A DNA stretch of 64,000 bases from assembly GCA_946965045.2 (NCBI GenBank), contig OX337242.1, positions 992,001 to 1,056,000 of the forward strand, given 5' to 3'. The position numbers and the translations under genes are program-made. The notes below the pieces were generated by a model, which saw nothing but the letters and a program-made list of their open reading frames with translations, ran no database searches and had not been told where the DNA came from. Origin of the DNA: Epithemia pelagica (Eukaryota; Protista; Bacillariophyta). Of the stretch, positions 1 to 12,366 are shown piece by piece; the stretch's first letter is position 1; every line of letters starts with the position of its first letter.

Positions 1-940
1 GACCGTTCCAACAGTTGTCGTACTTCGTCAACATCAGGACTCAAGGGTTTGCCACTGGGGTACTCATAAAGTTGCCATGCATTAGGAACAACCAATGATT
101 CAGCAAACAAGTAAGCCACTTCCGGATCCGTAGGATACTTCTCATAGACAGAGCGACAGGCTTCTGCGTATGGGCGCCCCACCATTTCTTCGCTCAGATC
201 AGGATCAAGGCCTGGATTGCATGTCAGAATCCGAATAGCTTGTAGCAGCAGCACCTCAACATCACTGATAAGATCAGGCTTTTCCCCCGAGCTAACAGCT
301 GCAATATTCGTATGACCACCTTTACCTTTTCCTTTCCCCTTTTTGCCACTTTTCTTTGGCGTACGATGCATGCGTCGAATTTCATCAACAACCTCTAAAG
401 CTTTCTTGCTGTGGCGATCTGCCACCTGATGACTCGGAAAGACACAAAGTTCATCGGGCTTGTCCACGTCTTCGTGGTGCGAGGCAGACTCATAGTATGC
501 CCGTCCCTTAAAGTTGTAATTTGGAGAATGACAAAGTGACACCAATCCATGGGCCAAAGCTGTATGTGGAGAAAAATGCAAGCAGGCTCGGAAACATTTC
601 GCGGCCATCTCATGTTGATACGAGAACAACAAACGAAGTCCCAAATCAAAATAGGCTCTTCCTTTTTCATGGACATCTGCATTTGTTACCTGTTTACGCC
701 GATAGTTCCCCAAATTTATCGCACTCTCACCACTTAGTGGAGGGAAAGAGTAGACATCTTCGCCGGGCAAAAACTTATGGTTCTGTGGATCGGGGCCCTT
801 TCATTAGGGTTGATTCAAACAATACGCACAGAATGAGTTATGAACAATCAGGAGAGCATCTGAATATCATGATGGAATATGGATCAAGGTCGCCTCACCT
901 TATAAAGGAACTCATCCACCTTATGCTTTTGGTGTGCCAT
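1..940 (-). CDS. TPR-domain protein, 3' end outside the window; 2 exons visible (899-940, 1-782)
   Basis: Manual translation gives MAHQKHKVDEFLYK, a GTGAGG...CCACAG intron at 783-898, then NHKFLPGEDVYSF...GRAYFDLGLRLLFSYQHEMAAKCFRACL...YAEACRSVYEKYPTDPEVAYLFAESL..NAWQLYEYPSG. This resembles the bacterial/fungal TPR family with 'WFDRGL...FNHEEA' and 'LFAEALM..TPWQLW' motifs. The frame was not in the supplied ORF track. Confidence 0.75.
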
Positions 941-1607
941 GGTTTGTGAATACTGGTGACAATGGACCACCTTCAAACTGGAGCAGATCTACAAATAGGG
1001 ATAAGAGCGAAATGAGATGGTCTTGAGAGAGGAGAAAAGGAAAAGTTCTTGTTATTTTCGGAGGAACCCTGTCCATGTCCATTGACCATGGGGACACGTC
1101 GAACCCAATACTGCCATCTGCCCGGATATGGATCTGCGACCAACAATTCATGTTCCATTCTTGACACATAGCCACCATAGCTCAATCGTCCCAGAGTAGA
1201 TGTTTTGTTGTTGTTTTATACTCCTAATCCCTGAGTAGGAGTAGGAGTGCTCTTTTCATTTACTCCAAGGAGTCAAAAAGTGAGTGGCTCTTCCAGACAG
1301 CGTTGATGTATTGTGGAACGGTAGCACTGCTCCATCACCATCATCCAGGTCTGTTCCTTTTGTTCATAACTTCCATATCGTAGTCTCTTTCATCGACTTC
1401 ATTCGATTCTTCATTTTGCGTTCTTTCTCTGGATGTCGTCTAATGCAAGACACCCAGTCGTCTTGTCTCTCGTGGGTTATGTTGGAAACGAAAATGTGTT
1501 TTAACATAAACCAAACAACCCAATAAGAGTAGGATTAAATTCATCTACATAGTGGTGCTTGTGAACAACATAACAGAATGACATCTTCATACTACCTGAG
1601 AAAGCCT

Positions 1608-3915
1608 TCAATAATCTTTCACAATTTCGTTCACAACTCGATGCACAGACACCTCTTCCATCTCACCGGACCCAAGGTTCGCTGCATGGAAACGTTCCAA
1701 AATCTCCACGCTCCTTGCATCATCGAGAAAACCCATCTCGTGAAGTTGTTTCAGCTGGAGAGACCAGCGTTCGGCCTGAACAGGCTGGATAGAACCAGAC
1801 TCAGAAGCGACGGAAGGGAGTGTGGTTGGGATCGAATGATCATCGCCAATCACAAGGTTCGGAACAGGAACGCTCTGCTGAGATTCGCCCTTGCTCAAAT
1901 CACTCTCAAACAATGCCGAACCAACAACTTGAGCCGCACGGGCTAGGGCCTCGTCGGAGGTCATTTGTTCAGAGCTCACGACATCCCAGCTCGTCTGGCT
2001 ATCGGCGTCGTCCTCGGATTTATCTTCTTCACCTTGCACAATGGTGGCACCACCTTCAACGGCCGTTACTTCAGTGGCAACCTTATCAGAGTGTACTTCT
2101 TCGTTGATGGTCTTCGTCAGGGTATCACGGACACTTTCATCCCTTACATCGTTGATGGCATTCGCCAACAAATCCAAAGTTGCTCCGAGTTCCTCAGCGA
2201 CGGGTCCACTGCCTTTCGCATCTTCAGAAAAAGACTCTTCTCGTGCACGATCATTTCCAGAACACTCGGAGCGCTTCTGTACATCCTTTTCAATAACAAC
2301 AGCTTGGTGTTCATTTTCTTCCATAGGACGAGGGGCCGGTGGAGCTCCAACAGGAGCTTCGGGAGGAATCTCAAATTCTTCGGAATTTTGGGGGGAATCA
2401 CGAGAAATGTCGAATTCCTCTTCTTTTCCATCGTTTTCGCCTTCACTGCTACCAGATTCATTGTCGTGAACCACGTGGGTCACACCTTCTTTAGGGATTT
2501 CATCATTCTTCACGGAAACTTCGGAGGTGTTGGCAGACACTCCATCCTCGAACTGTCCCTGCATAGCAAGCATATTCTGACGAATAGCTTCCTGCAAGGC
2601 GTGATCCATCTGCTGCTCGGCGTTAGGGTGGCTCCAATGACGTGCGCCACCGCAACGACGACCGGGATGGAACCCCCATTGGTACGGAGGACCAGCTTGA
2701 TGATGAGGCGGGGGACCGAAGGGAGGACCATGAGGCGGGGCTCCCGTGGCGCATGGTGGTCCACCTGTTGCACGGCGTGCATCCTGACGAGCTTGCTTTC
2801 TCTCTGCTTTCTTCTCTTCTTTTACATGCTTGCGCTCCTCTTTCTCTGCCTTCTTGTTCTGCATCTTAGCTTTACAAAACTTGCTGAAGCGACGGCTCCA
2901 ACGTTCCTGCAAACAAACGTCCCGCTCTAGAGAAAGAAAAGATAAGCGTTGAGAAACTCTCCGTATTCCAAATGGTTCTGAGGGAGCATGACTTACCAAG
3001 CTGGGCTTCCTCGAACTGTATTTCGTCTCCTTTGTAGTTTTCTTTGCATGCGGAACAAAGATCATAATCGGGAAGGTTCACCGCATGAAATCGTTTTCCA
3101 ACGATCGGAGTTGTCAAACACCCATCACATGTATGGCGCCCATGGATAAAAGGACGAGTCTCCGGTGAGATTTTCTTCGTTCCGTCAACTGGCTTCTGGG
3201 TGGGAGAAGTACCACAAACGCGTTGAGTTGAGGACCCCGGTGAGGTGCTGCTCGGAGCGGCTGTTGAGGCAGTGGAAGACGGAGGATTAACTTTGACGTG
3301 CTTCTGTAGAGCCACTGACGCTGCGGCGAGGACCCCAACGACTGATTCAACAACTTTATGAACAGGAATCTCGCCGATGGAACGTCCGTTGGATGTTTGC
3401 GTGGAAGTGTTCTTAATGTTTGGAATCTGTTCCTCAACCTTCGGGAATTCCACCCGAGCAAACACACGTAAAGAAGACGGGAAAAGAGGAAGAGCACATT
3501 GCAAGTCTTCATCCGAAAAGATATAACAAAGATCGTTTTCCGAATCGCGGTACGTCAGGACTATCTTCGCATCTTCCACGATGTGATTCGTGTCATCGTG
3601 GTTCATCTTCCACAGGTCCAAAGCCCGACCACGAACAGTCTCCAGCAACGTCGGTCCGGCATCAGGGGAAACAGGGATACGAACGAAAGGGCCGTCTTTT
3701 TCTGCAATAACGAAAAGGAAACGAGCGCGGAATAAGAAAAGTCGAACTAGCTCGTGTCTCAGCCATCAACATGACACTTGGACTGGGATTTTCCAGGAAA
3801 ACTCACCTGCTTCAGGGCCTTCGAGCGCAAGCTTGATCGTCGCCTTTCCAGAAGACGGATGAGCCGAAAAAGGGAATGGCATGGCCATCGAAGACTGCGT
3901 TGGGAAGGAACTCAT
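1608..3915 (-). CDS. Selective autophagy receptor of the p62/NBR1 type (PB1 - ZZ zinc finger - LIR - UBA-like); 3 exons
   Basis: Introns at 3702-3806 (GTGAGT..TTGCAG) and 2927-2996 (GTAAGT..CTCTAG) join ORFs 3766-4017, 2872-3648 and 1608-3065 in frame. Motifs: PB1 acidic motif LTYRDSENDLCYIFSDEDL; ZZ finger HTCDGCLTTPIVGKRFHAVNLPDYDLCSAC; LIR core DDADSQTSWDVV; C-terminal LKQLHEMGF UBA-like segment. Confidence 0.8.
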
Positions 3916-5029
3916 GTCCAAATTGGAGCCAGCAACTCTCTCTCTCTCTCTCTTCGATTGAAGATAGTGGTTGTCAGCTTCCTCGTTTTGTGTCTCTTCT
4001 ATTCGGCGCACTGCCACAAAGCGCAGGACTCACCGTCAAGAACGAGAAAATCGTCCTGTGTAGAACCAGTAGCAGATTCTACGCAAAGAATTGGATTGAT
4101 GGCAAATGAAATTTGGAGAAAAATCAAGAAGAATATAGAGCGGGGATCATCCGGACTATGACATGTAGAGTAGAAAATGGAATAATATCGAATTTTTTCA
4201 AATCGTCACGACTAAAAAAGAATACGTTTGGAAAATGGCAACATTCTTTGTCACCGAAACCGCCAGGTTTTACTGGAAGATATCCTGAAAAATCCAGCGA
4301 CGCAATGGACCATACTGGTCACATACGTACACGTACATGGTTCCCATGCCCATGGACTCGTGACATTGGATTTCCCCAGGCACCGACGAGATTTCCTCGG
4401 TAGCACGACAATGTCATGGATGGTCCTTGAATTCAAAGTGAAGAGAAAAGAAAACAAGCTTTATCGATCTATCATTAGCGACCCGGCAATCGATTTGCTT
4501 CTGTTTCTGAAAAACAGTTTGGATGAAGAGTCATATGGACCATTTCTTTGTGAAAATGAATATTGACTGATCACAGGAAGAGAGTCTCCTTGATGTCTCA
4601 CTGTTCTTTCTCTAGGAGGTGCCATCAGAAGAACGAGTTTGGCTCATTCCATCTAAATGAAGCCTTCCGAGCATACAGCTTTGACTGTCAGTCGCAGCAT
4701 TTACAGCGTGTTTCATCTGAATGGTCTGATTACTTACAATAAACCATATCCGTACAGAAACTCCATTCCTTTCTTGTTACATACGCAAGTTTACCTAAAT
4801 CGCGTCTCTCATAGCTTTCAGTCTTCATAATCGTTGGTAGTCGTACATACCGCTTCTCGTTTGAATACCGATGGAGATTGTTAACGTGGGAACGCTGGAC
4901 TGAGGGTTTGAAGCGAGCTCATTTAGCACTATTCTCTAATCGCGATAGCAAAGTGGATCAGAACGCCCAATGAAGTGGACTATGCTAATAACACAGGGGT
5001 GTTTCTAAAGGCACGAAGAGGGTCCCATG

Positions 5030-6889
5030 TTATAGAAAATCATCCGCCACAAAAGGTCGTTTTCCAAACCTTCTGGAAAAACTTGGCAACTTAATCACAG
5101 GTCGTGATGATGCGATTGGATCAAGACGCCGTATGGATGTGTCTCCTTTGACCCGAAGGTTTCCGGCAGAAGCGGTCTCTTCATGTTGTTCTAAATACTC
5201 ATGGTCTTTCGATTGCGGAGACGACAGTTCTTTCGCACGCTCTTCCAACCGCTTCGCTGTTTTGTCTCTTTTGTGTTTGTTCTGTCGAGCTCGCCGTAAA
5301 ATCTTTTGCAGGTAAATTCTGTCGATAGGGGTTTTGAGGTCCTTCGGAAACTCGACGACAAGTTTATCAAATTTCTTGCGCTTTTCAACATGCGGCGAGA
5401 ACTCTTTGTTGTTATTGGCCATGTGTCGGTCGGCAACAGTATCAATCCAATTATCATAAAGATTTGCATAGTCTGTGAGGCATTCGTACAATTCTCGGCT
5501 CCATCGATTGTGGTCCGTTTCGCCTTCCTCTCCCTCGTCACTGGGCTCCTTGGGCATTGGTACGGTCACCTTGAAAATGGACCCTGGCGAGGCATTTTTT
5601 GGAATTTTAACCTTCAACCGTTGTCCTTTGACGTGTGGATTCTCAAACATGATTGAGTCCCCAGGTTTCTTGTCTGCTGGGCATGTGACAGCCACTCTAT
5701 CCTTGGTCTTTCGACGGGGAAGTTCTTCGTCATTCATAGTCTTGATCATTGCGACCAATTCTGCGTATGACCGCTCCATCAAAGCCTTTTTCTCCGCTTC
5801 TAATTTGGATTGCTCCCGCCGTTTCTTCTTAAGCCGTTCTGCTTTCGGTGACAGTGACTGTTGATCCTTCTTATTGTTTCCAGGTTGCTTGCCACCGGAA
5901 GGCGGCGCTTTTTCTGTTTCAAGGCGAGCTTTCTTTTTCGGGGGAGGCGATGATGGTGCATCTTTCTTGGAGGCGGGTGAGGAAGGTGGTGCCTTGGTCT
6001 TTCCTCCTCCCGAATCACTGTTGCTTGGATTGCTCTTTCCGGAATCAGCGGGCCTTTTAAAACCCGGCTTTGGGCCTGGTTTCTTCCGTGGTCTACTTGA
6101 TTTCTTGCTTTCATGACGATCCACATCCTTCAATGGATCGTAATGGTCTTTTGTTTGTTCTGTTTCTTCCACTTCTAACGTACCAACGTTGACAAAGAAT
6201 TCACTGTCATCAGTTGTCAGTTCAAGCTTGGTTGTCGTAGTGTGAGCCATAACTTGCTCTGCCACATCCCGCTTCAGGTCAGAGTCATCAATCCAGCTAG
6301 TTTCTGAGTACACTGAACCCTTTTCATCATCCTCATTTCGCTCGCCTGCCGCCAATTCATCGTCTACCATAACGCCTTTAGCATACTTTGCTTCGAGATA
6401 ATCAACCATGTTGGAAAAATTCTTCCGTTCGGGTGCGTTTGTAAGTGTTTTCTTTTCCTCGGGTGAACTGTCCCCTGTATCAAGCATGTCTTCCGACGTC
6501 ATTTCCCCATTACCTTCCTTGCTGCTTCCCGGGATAGACTCTGAGGGCCCATCCGCTTTCCCCTGACTATCAGTCGAAGATGCCGCAAGTTGTGCGATGG
6601 CAGGGTACGCCTTGAGAAGCTCGGCTACTCTTTTCTTTCGAGTCCGACGACTTGCCAATCCCAGGTCCGCGGTGAAATTGAGAGGAATTTCCACCGAAAT
6701 GCAATCTTGTAGAAGTTTATTTCCTTTTCTTCGCTTCTTGCGATGAATTTGCTTGGTCCGTTCCGACCCTGCTTCGTTTTCGTTCGACGGATCATTCCCA
6801 TTCGGATCTTCGCCGTGGCTCATATCTTTGCTGCCATCGAAAGAACGAGAGGTTTCCTCCATGTAAGCCACATCTTCGTCTTCCCCCAT
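5030..6889 (-). CDS. HPC2/ubinuclein-like protein (HUN domain; HIRA histone chaperone complex)
   Basis: Long ORF with a likely start at MGEDEDV (6889). The segment NMVDYLEAKY...VYSETSWIDDSDL...FFVNVGTLEV matches the HUN pattern (IEKLERLY...YD.EDSFIDD.E...FFVN.G.LE). The rest is basic/acidic low-complexity sequence. Confidence 0.65.
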   Translation of the reverse strand: MGEDEDVAYMEETSRSFDGSKDMSHGEDPNGNDPSNENEAGSERTKQIHRKKRRKGNKLLQDCISVEIPLNFTADLGLASRRTRKKRVAELLKAYPAIAQLAASSTDSQGKADGPSESIPGSSKEGNGEMTSEDMLDTGDSSPEEKKTLTNAPERKNFSNMVDYLEAKYAKGVMVDDELAAGERNEDDEKGSVYSETSWIDDSDLKRDVAEQVMAHTTTTKLELTTDDSEFFVNVGTLEVEETEQTKDHYDPLKDVDRHESKKSSRPRKKPGPKPGFKRPADSGKSNPSNSDSGGGKTKAPPSSPASKKDAPSSPPPKKKARLETEKAPPSGGKQPGNNKKDQQSLSPKAERLKKKRREQSKLEAEKKALMERSYAELVAMIKTMNDEELPRRKTKDRVAVTCPADKKPGDSIMFENPHVKGQRLKVKIPKNASPGSIFKVTVPMPKEPSDEGEEGETDHNRWSRELYECLTDYANLYDNWIDTVADRHMANNNKEFSPHVEKRKKFDKLVVEFPKDLKTPIDRIYLQKILRRARQNKHKRDKTAKRLEERAKELSSPQSKDHEYLEQHEETASAGNLRVKGDTSIRRLDPIASSRPVIKLPSFSRRFGKRPFVADDFL

Positions 6890-8635
6890 GGATATCAATC
6901 TAACAGCTCTGAGTGCTTTCGCGGTGGAAATGATATATGCTACGACCCGCCTGATTCCCCTTTGCGGCGTTCGCGAACGTAGGTTTTGAAAGATGGTGCT
7001 GTAATTGAAGCCGTACACCTGGATGCGATGTATTGTGTTTTACAAAAGAAGCAGTTTGGATTGTGATCAACAAGTCCTACTCTTTTCTTTTTGGAAAGGG
7101 AATGATAAGCTAGTTTCTAATTGAAAATGCCAACAAACCAGAGTGGATTGAACCTGTTGCTTTGAGCTCGTACCACAAGATGCACAAAAGAAACGTTCGT
7201 CTCTTCATGTGTGGAAAATTTTAGGCCCCTTGGATGGGGGTGCTGTGGTGTCTCTTTCCGTGCACGGAGGCAAATCATGGGCATGAAAGCAATCATCACG
7301 GGACGACATCCAATCACGTGGGGTATGGTCCGTGGCCAGTGACGCTTTTCAGCTTCGTGTCCTTTTGGTTTTGGGGTGTGCGGCTTCTTGAAGATCGACT
7401 TTTGGACGTACTGAAAACTACATTGTAAAACCGCCCCGCGCGAAGGAGCTGACACGTGGAGCCGGGACGACTCCTCCGCTGTTCCCTCTCCAAAAGAAAT
7501 CGACATGCGAACTCCAATTTTGGTCCTCAAACTTCAAATAATACTCTCATCAGAAGACCATAACATCGTTTCTACGGCAAGGACAACGAAACCATGAAGA
7601 GACGAATCAATGAATGCTCTGGAATCAATGAATGATTTTCTCAGTCTTCTCGGAGGTTTGTGGTACATTTGCAAGATCGCAACAGATTGAACGAGTGCGG
7701 CAACATTGAGATCTCTTGAGAGTAATTTCGGGGAAGATGAAGTCAATTTACAAGGAGAATTTTGGTCCAACACAGCTTGGCTTATTCCATGGAAAGGGAT
7801 ACATTGTCATGAAACCATGGAACCACGTCTCGGTTGAACTATTTCCATATTTCAAACAAGGGAATGAAAAATCATCACTGTGAATCACTCCTTCTTTTTA
7901 AGGCACCCACCGTAATGAACGACGTTTGCATCGCTCTAGCTCCAAAATCAACCGAACATACGGTATAAACGTGGACTTCTTTCGTTGTTCGTACACTGAA
8001 TGATTAAGAATTCACAAGAATCATCGACATTTTACTAATCAAGCGGAAACTGTTGTTAAGGAGCCTGAATTGTAGTTAAAACAACCGATTCGACTGCAAC
8101 TTCCATGGCTGTAGGCTACTGCCTTATTTCCACATGCCCAACATGGACTGGTGCATTCTGATACGTCGACTGTTTGCATCCTGTAATGAAAAGCGTTGTT
8201 GGTGAGATTTCGATTTTCGATGCCATGAGTTCTCAGAAGAAAAAAGCCCACGAAACAGAAAAAAGCGGTGGTCTTTTTCCTCAGAGACATAAATTTCTTA
8301 GGAATATCAAAATTTTACCCTCTTATATTGGTTTTCCAATTTTCAATCCACCAACAAGCGAAAGGCTTATTCGCCGGATCTGGTGACACCCAAACGATAT
8401 AAGAAGCACTGAGGTTTCTCGAGCACGTCGCAATACGAAGAGAGTAAGTAACAACGCCCGAGAGAGGAGGAGACGATGACAACGAAGACGACGAAGTGGA
8501 ATGGCTCCGCTTTTCCGATTCTACGGCGATTGAGTGGTTATCTGATTAGCGGCGTACTGTTAAACCTCGGTCAGTGTTCTCACATGATCGCACCTGGTCC
8601 GTTTTTGTTCGTATTTTCTTCAGCTTTGAACAGAC

Positions 8636-9100
8636 ATGGTGAACATTAGACGGCGATCCCGTCGACAGGCCGACAAAAAGAAAAGCGAGAGCACCTCCGA
8701 TTCAGCACCAGCTCAACAAAGAGGAAGAAAGAGAGGACCGAAACCAACTCCAGAGAAGCGAGGCACGAAAGCAAAGAATAATCGACAACAGAACAACAAC
8801 TCAGGGAAGCAGCAGGGTGGTCGTGGCCGAAAGGGTGGTCGAAAGGGACCACCACGAAAAGATGAAAAGAAGGCCAAGACAGCCGAAGAGTTGGACCGAG
8901 AAATGGATGAATACATGATGAAGGATGAAAAGGTTGCGTTGAAAAAACTGGACGAAGAAATGGATGCCTACAAGGCTGAGGGTGAAAAGAAGAAAACAGA
9001 CACTGGAGAGGAGGACGACGGGGGTGGTGAAGGGGCACAAGATGGAGACGAAGAGGCAGCTGAAGATGAAAACCCTGATGCTGCAGCAGAGGAGTCGTAG
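8636..9100 (+). CDS. CHTOP/FoP-like RGG protein (C-terminal FoP duplication); an upstream exon is possible
   Basis: GGRGRKGGRKG followed by the duplicated motif KTAEELDREMDEYM...LKKLDEEMDAYK. Confidence 0.7.
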   Translation: MVNIRRRSRRQADKKKSESTSDSAPAQQRGRKRGPKPTPEKRGTKAKNNRQQNNNSGKQQGGRGRKGGRKGPPRKDEKKAKTAEELDREMDEYMMKDEKVALKKLDEEMDAYKAEGEKKKTDTGEEDDGGGEGAQDGDEEAAEDENPDAAAEES

Positions 9101-9380
9101 TGAAGAGTGAAGACCTGATAGGGGAGCCCAAAATCATGTGGTTGGATTAGCTGGGAACCTCACAAGACCATGTGATAATGTTAAGATCATGTTTCTGTTA
9201 TATTTATTGAAAACGGGCTTCTGGCTTTGTTCTCTCACATACAAGCAGATCCCCGGCGCAACATCCAAGTTGACGTCTGACAGCTGAGAGACTGGTGAGT
9301 AACTTGACGCAAGGTTTGATGGTTTCTCCATGCGAATAATGCAGCTGAAACTAAGAGAAAAAGCAAGAATACGATTGACC

Positions 9381-9436
9381 AAGTCATTCGTAGACTTGGA
9401 AGTCATTCGTAGACTTGGAAGTCATTCGTAGACTTG
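9381..9436. repeat. 19-bp tandem repeat, about 3 copies (AAGTCATTCGTAGACTTGG)
   Basis: Read directly from the sequence. Confidence 0.9.
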
Positions 9437-10306
9437 ATATACTCAATACTCAACATCATCCGAGACACTCCATACCAACAAAAAATGCGTGCCCTCCAGG
9501 ACCCGAGGCAGACATAAGGACATATTTTACAGATGAAGTGAGGTGAGTGAATTCAACGAGAGTCGTCTTCAGCTTCAGTTGTCGAGAGACATCTCCCCTT
9601 GCTTCTTGACTCTAGCTAGCGAGCTCCGGTGATGGTGACTTCCTATGCGAATCCTTACACCGGAAGGTAGCCGTGTCCCTTGTCCGTATTTGGGACGTGC
9701 GATCGGACCAACGGATCACCGCACATGACTCCGACTGGAGGGGCTCGTTTCATCGGAATCAAACACATGAAAAAATTGAGAATTGATAAGCCCCGCTTGG
9801 TCGGTAGGGCGTCTGTCTTGTGTATCATCTTCCAACTCTGCCAAAAATCACTGTCTTTGCACCTCCACGCATGTCTGGATAGCCACGTGCAAACCAAACC
9901 CAATAATTATTGCTTAAATTCTACAAAAATACTTAGTAATTATTAGAAGGCAAGACCAAAGAGACCATGCTGGCGTACCATCCGCGCCCCCAAGACAAGA
10001 TCCACGTGAAACCGTCCCGTCACAGGTAGAAAGAATAGTGAGGGAAGAAGACAAACAGAAGCATGGGGAAGACCAAGCGACGGCATCGGTCCACTTTTTG
10101 ATAAAGAGAGCACAAAACTCGCCGTTTCGAGTTGCCCATTCTTCCTATGGTGGTGGTTTTTCCTTCAAGGAAACAGTAGTCTTATTCATACGATGCTTCC
10201 AAGAAACGAAGCAACACCAAGGTTGCGCCATGAATTTAACTCGAAGATCGAAGCGAAAGAATATGTCCAATTGTTCCTGAGCGATATGTGTTTCTGGGAA
10301 CAAACA

Positions 10307-12013
10307 ATGGATGAGCGTCCATCATCCCCACCACGCATTCAATCATGTGGAGAGAGGGAATCAAACATATATGCGACATTCCCGCAAAGAGAGCAGATCG
10401 GGGATCCCAGCTTTCACGTACCTGTCATGTCAGAGAAGGATCTTCGCTGGAAAGCGGCCATTGACCCAATTACCGGCAAAACCTACTACTACGATACCTT
10501 TACCAGGGAAACACAATGGGATAAGGTAAGTCACTTGTCTTTCATTTCTCTTCCTTGTTTCATTGTTTCACTCATGATCAAGAGTGTTTTCGCTTCGCAG
10601 CCAACGGAGATGAAGAATTGGGAACGCCACCTCAAACGTGAGAAACGAAAAAGGGATCGAGCTTTTTTCAGAGATATGGAAAACAACATACTTTCAAGCC
10701 TTGCTCGAAATCAGCTGATTCCAGGGATACCGGTGGCAAACAAACAAACACCGAACTCAGTCGTTGAGACTCCCGTAAAAGACCACACCTCCTCCACATC
10801 TTCGAAATATAAACACTCTGTTAGAACTATTTCTGGATTGGATGAAAGAGTTTTGGCCAGCCTAAGCAACAAAACTGAGGATATTCCTACACGTGACACA
10901 GCGGACATGGCGAGGCGCCCACACGTCGCAAGAAATAGAGCGCACACAAAAGGAAACGATCAGTCTCTGGAGGGACGACCTCCCTTGCATCGTCGACGGT
11001 CTGATGTACTGATTGATTGTGAACAGTCTTCTGATGAGACTAGATGCTCCCCAGATCGCTCAGCAGTTGATACTGCATCGAACAGAGAAAATGTTAAAGA
11101 CGAAGCTAGAGTCCCACCTCCCACATGTAGCAACGAGCCGAATGGACCAATGAGTGCACACTTGAGGAGGAACACAGGGGGCACCATCTTTATGAGATCT
11201 ACGATGATCAACCCAGACGTAAAGGCAACTATCAAGTGCGTCTGTGGTGTCTATCGTGCCCACATTGTACAGGGGAGTGAACGAATCCAAAGCCGAACGC
11301 CTCGTTCACCACACTCTACCCACGTTCATCTCGATGTCTTTCGGGACGACCACGAACGTTCAAGACGACTGCGGAACACAATTCCCATGCCATCTACAGA
11401 AGAAATCGCCACGTTCTACTACGAATACTTCAAGCGGAGTCAAATGGAGCATGATACAATCATCATGTCCCTCATATACGTGGAACGTCTGATCAAAGAG
11501 ACCAACGGCGCTTTATCTCCAACATCTGCTAACTGGCGCTCCCTTTTATTCAGCTCCATGATAATGGCGAGCAAAGTATGGGACGACCTATCCATGTGGA
11601 ATATCGACTTTTCCAATGTCTCGGTTGCAACTGGGATTGCCCCATTCAGTCTGCAGCGGATCAACGAGCTTGAACTTAGTGTTCTCAAGCTACTACGATT
11701 TGATGTCCGAGTTGCAGCTTCTGAGTATGCGAAATACTATTTCTTGATCCGAAATGTACTTATACGCAGCGGTCTTCTCGAAGATGCAGCAGCTCCGTTG
11801 AGCAAAGAAGAGGCGAAAATATTTGAGCACCGAACTAGTCGCTATCAAAACTCTTGGTTAAGCAACAAAACACCGAAAGGAGAACGCAGAACTCGCAGTT
11901 TCGACTGGGAATGGTTTAATGCTAATGCTGCTTCTCGTGACGTTCATCATGGCCCGGTTCTCAAAGATAAGGTCTGTTTGGAGCAGCTTATCTCACTTGA
12001 TAGCCAACCATGA
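10307..12013 (+). CDS. WW-domain / cyclin Y-like (cyclin P/U family) fusion protein
   Basis: WW domain WKAAIDPITGKTYYYDTFTRETQWDK. Cyclin box FKRSQMEHDTIIMSLIYVERL...NWRSLLFSSMIMASKVWDDLSMWNIDF. An in-frame 75-nt intron lies at 10526-10600 (GTAAGT..TCGCAG). Confidence 0.85.
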   Translation: MDERPSSPPRIQSCGERESNIYATFPQREQIGDPSFHVPVMSEKDLRWKAAIDPITGKTYYYDTFTRETQWDKVSHLSFISLPCFIVSLMIKSVFASQPTEMKNWERHLKREKRKRDRAFFRDMENNILSSLARNQLIPGIPVANKQTPNSVVETPVKDHTSSTSSKYKHSVRTISGLDERVLASLSNKTEDIPTRDTADMARRPHVARNRAHTKGNDQSLEGRPPLHRRRSDVLIDCEQSSDETRCSPDRSAVDTASNRENVKDEARVPPPTCSNEPNGPMSAHLRRNTGGTIFMRSTMINPDVKATIKCVCGVYRAHIVQGSERIQSRTPRSPHSTHVHLDVFRDDHERSRRLRNTIPMPSTEEIATFYYEYFKRSQMEHDTIIMSLIYVERLIKETNGALSPTSANWRSLLFSSMIMASKVWDDLSMWNIDFSNVSVATGIAPFSLQRINELELSVLKLLRFDVRVAASEYAKYYFLIRNVLIRSGLLEDAAAPLSKEEAKIFEHRTSRYQNSWLSNKTPKGERRTRSFDWEWFNANAASRDVHHGPVLKDKVCLEQLISLDSQP

Positions 12014-12366
12014 AGCGTTTTGCTGACAAGATCTTTTCGTGTGCTACTAGTGACTAGCACATTGCTAGTTGCCTTCCTGTAAGCTTGTCCACTTTAAACA
12101 CAATTTTGCTTTGTGTTTTATGCTTATAATCTGGGACTTTTCGAAGTGAAATATACTTGGAGTAGAACTGGAAAGATTAAATTGTTGAATACTAGCTACC
12201 ACAAACTGCCGATAAGTGTTCCGACTGTCGATATAGGTAGGTTGGATGGCGGACTTACTCATAGAGGGTAATGTCAATCTATTGGGAATTGGGATAGATG
12301 TTGCGAGTTGAAATAGGATAAAAAAGATTATTATTGCAGGTTTATTCAAGTGTGCTCAGCGTACAA

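Noticed and set aside
3936-3952. (CT)n microsatellite; also (TTCGTGA)4 at 61922-61949 and a CTCCCAACGTTAGC duplication near 58642-58670
   Set aside because: Ordinary short simple repeats with no evidence of function.
7117-8400. Short ORFs in the intergenic stretch between the ubinuclein-like and CHTOP-like genes
   Set aside because: No recognisable motifs or consistent exon structure.
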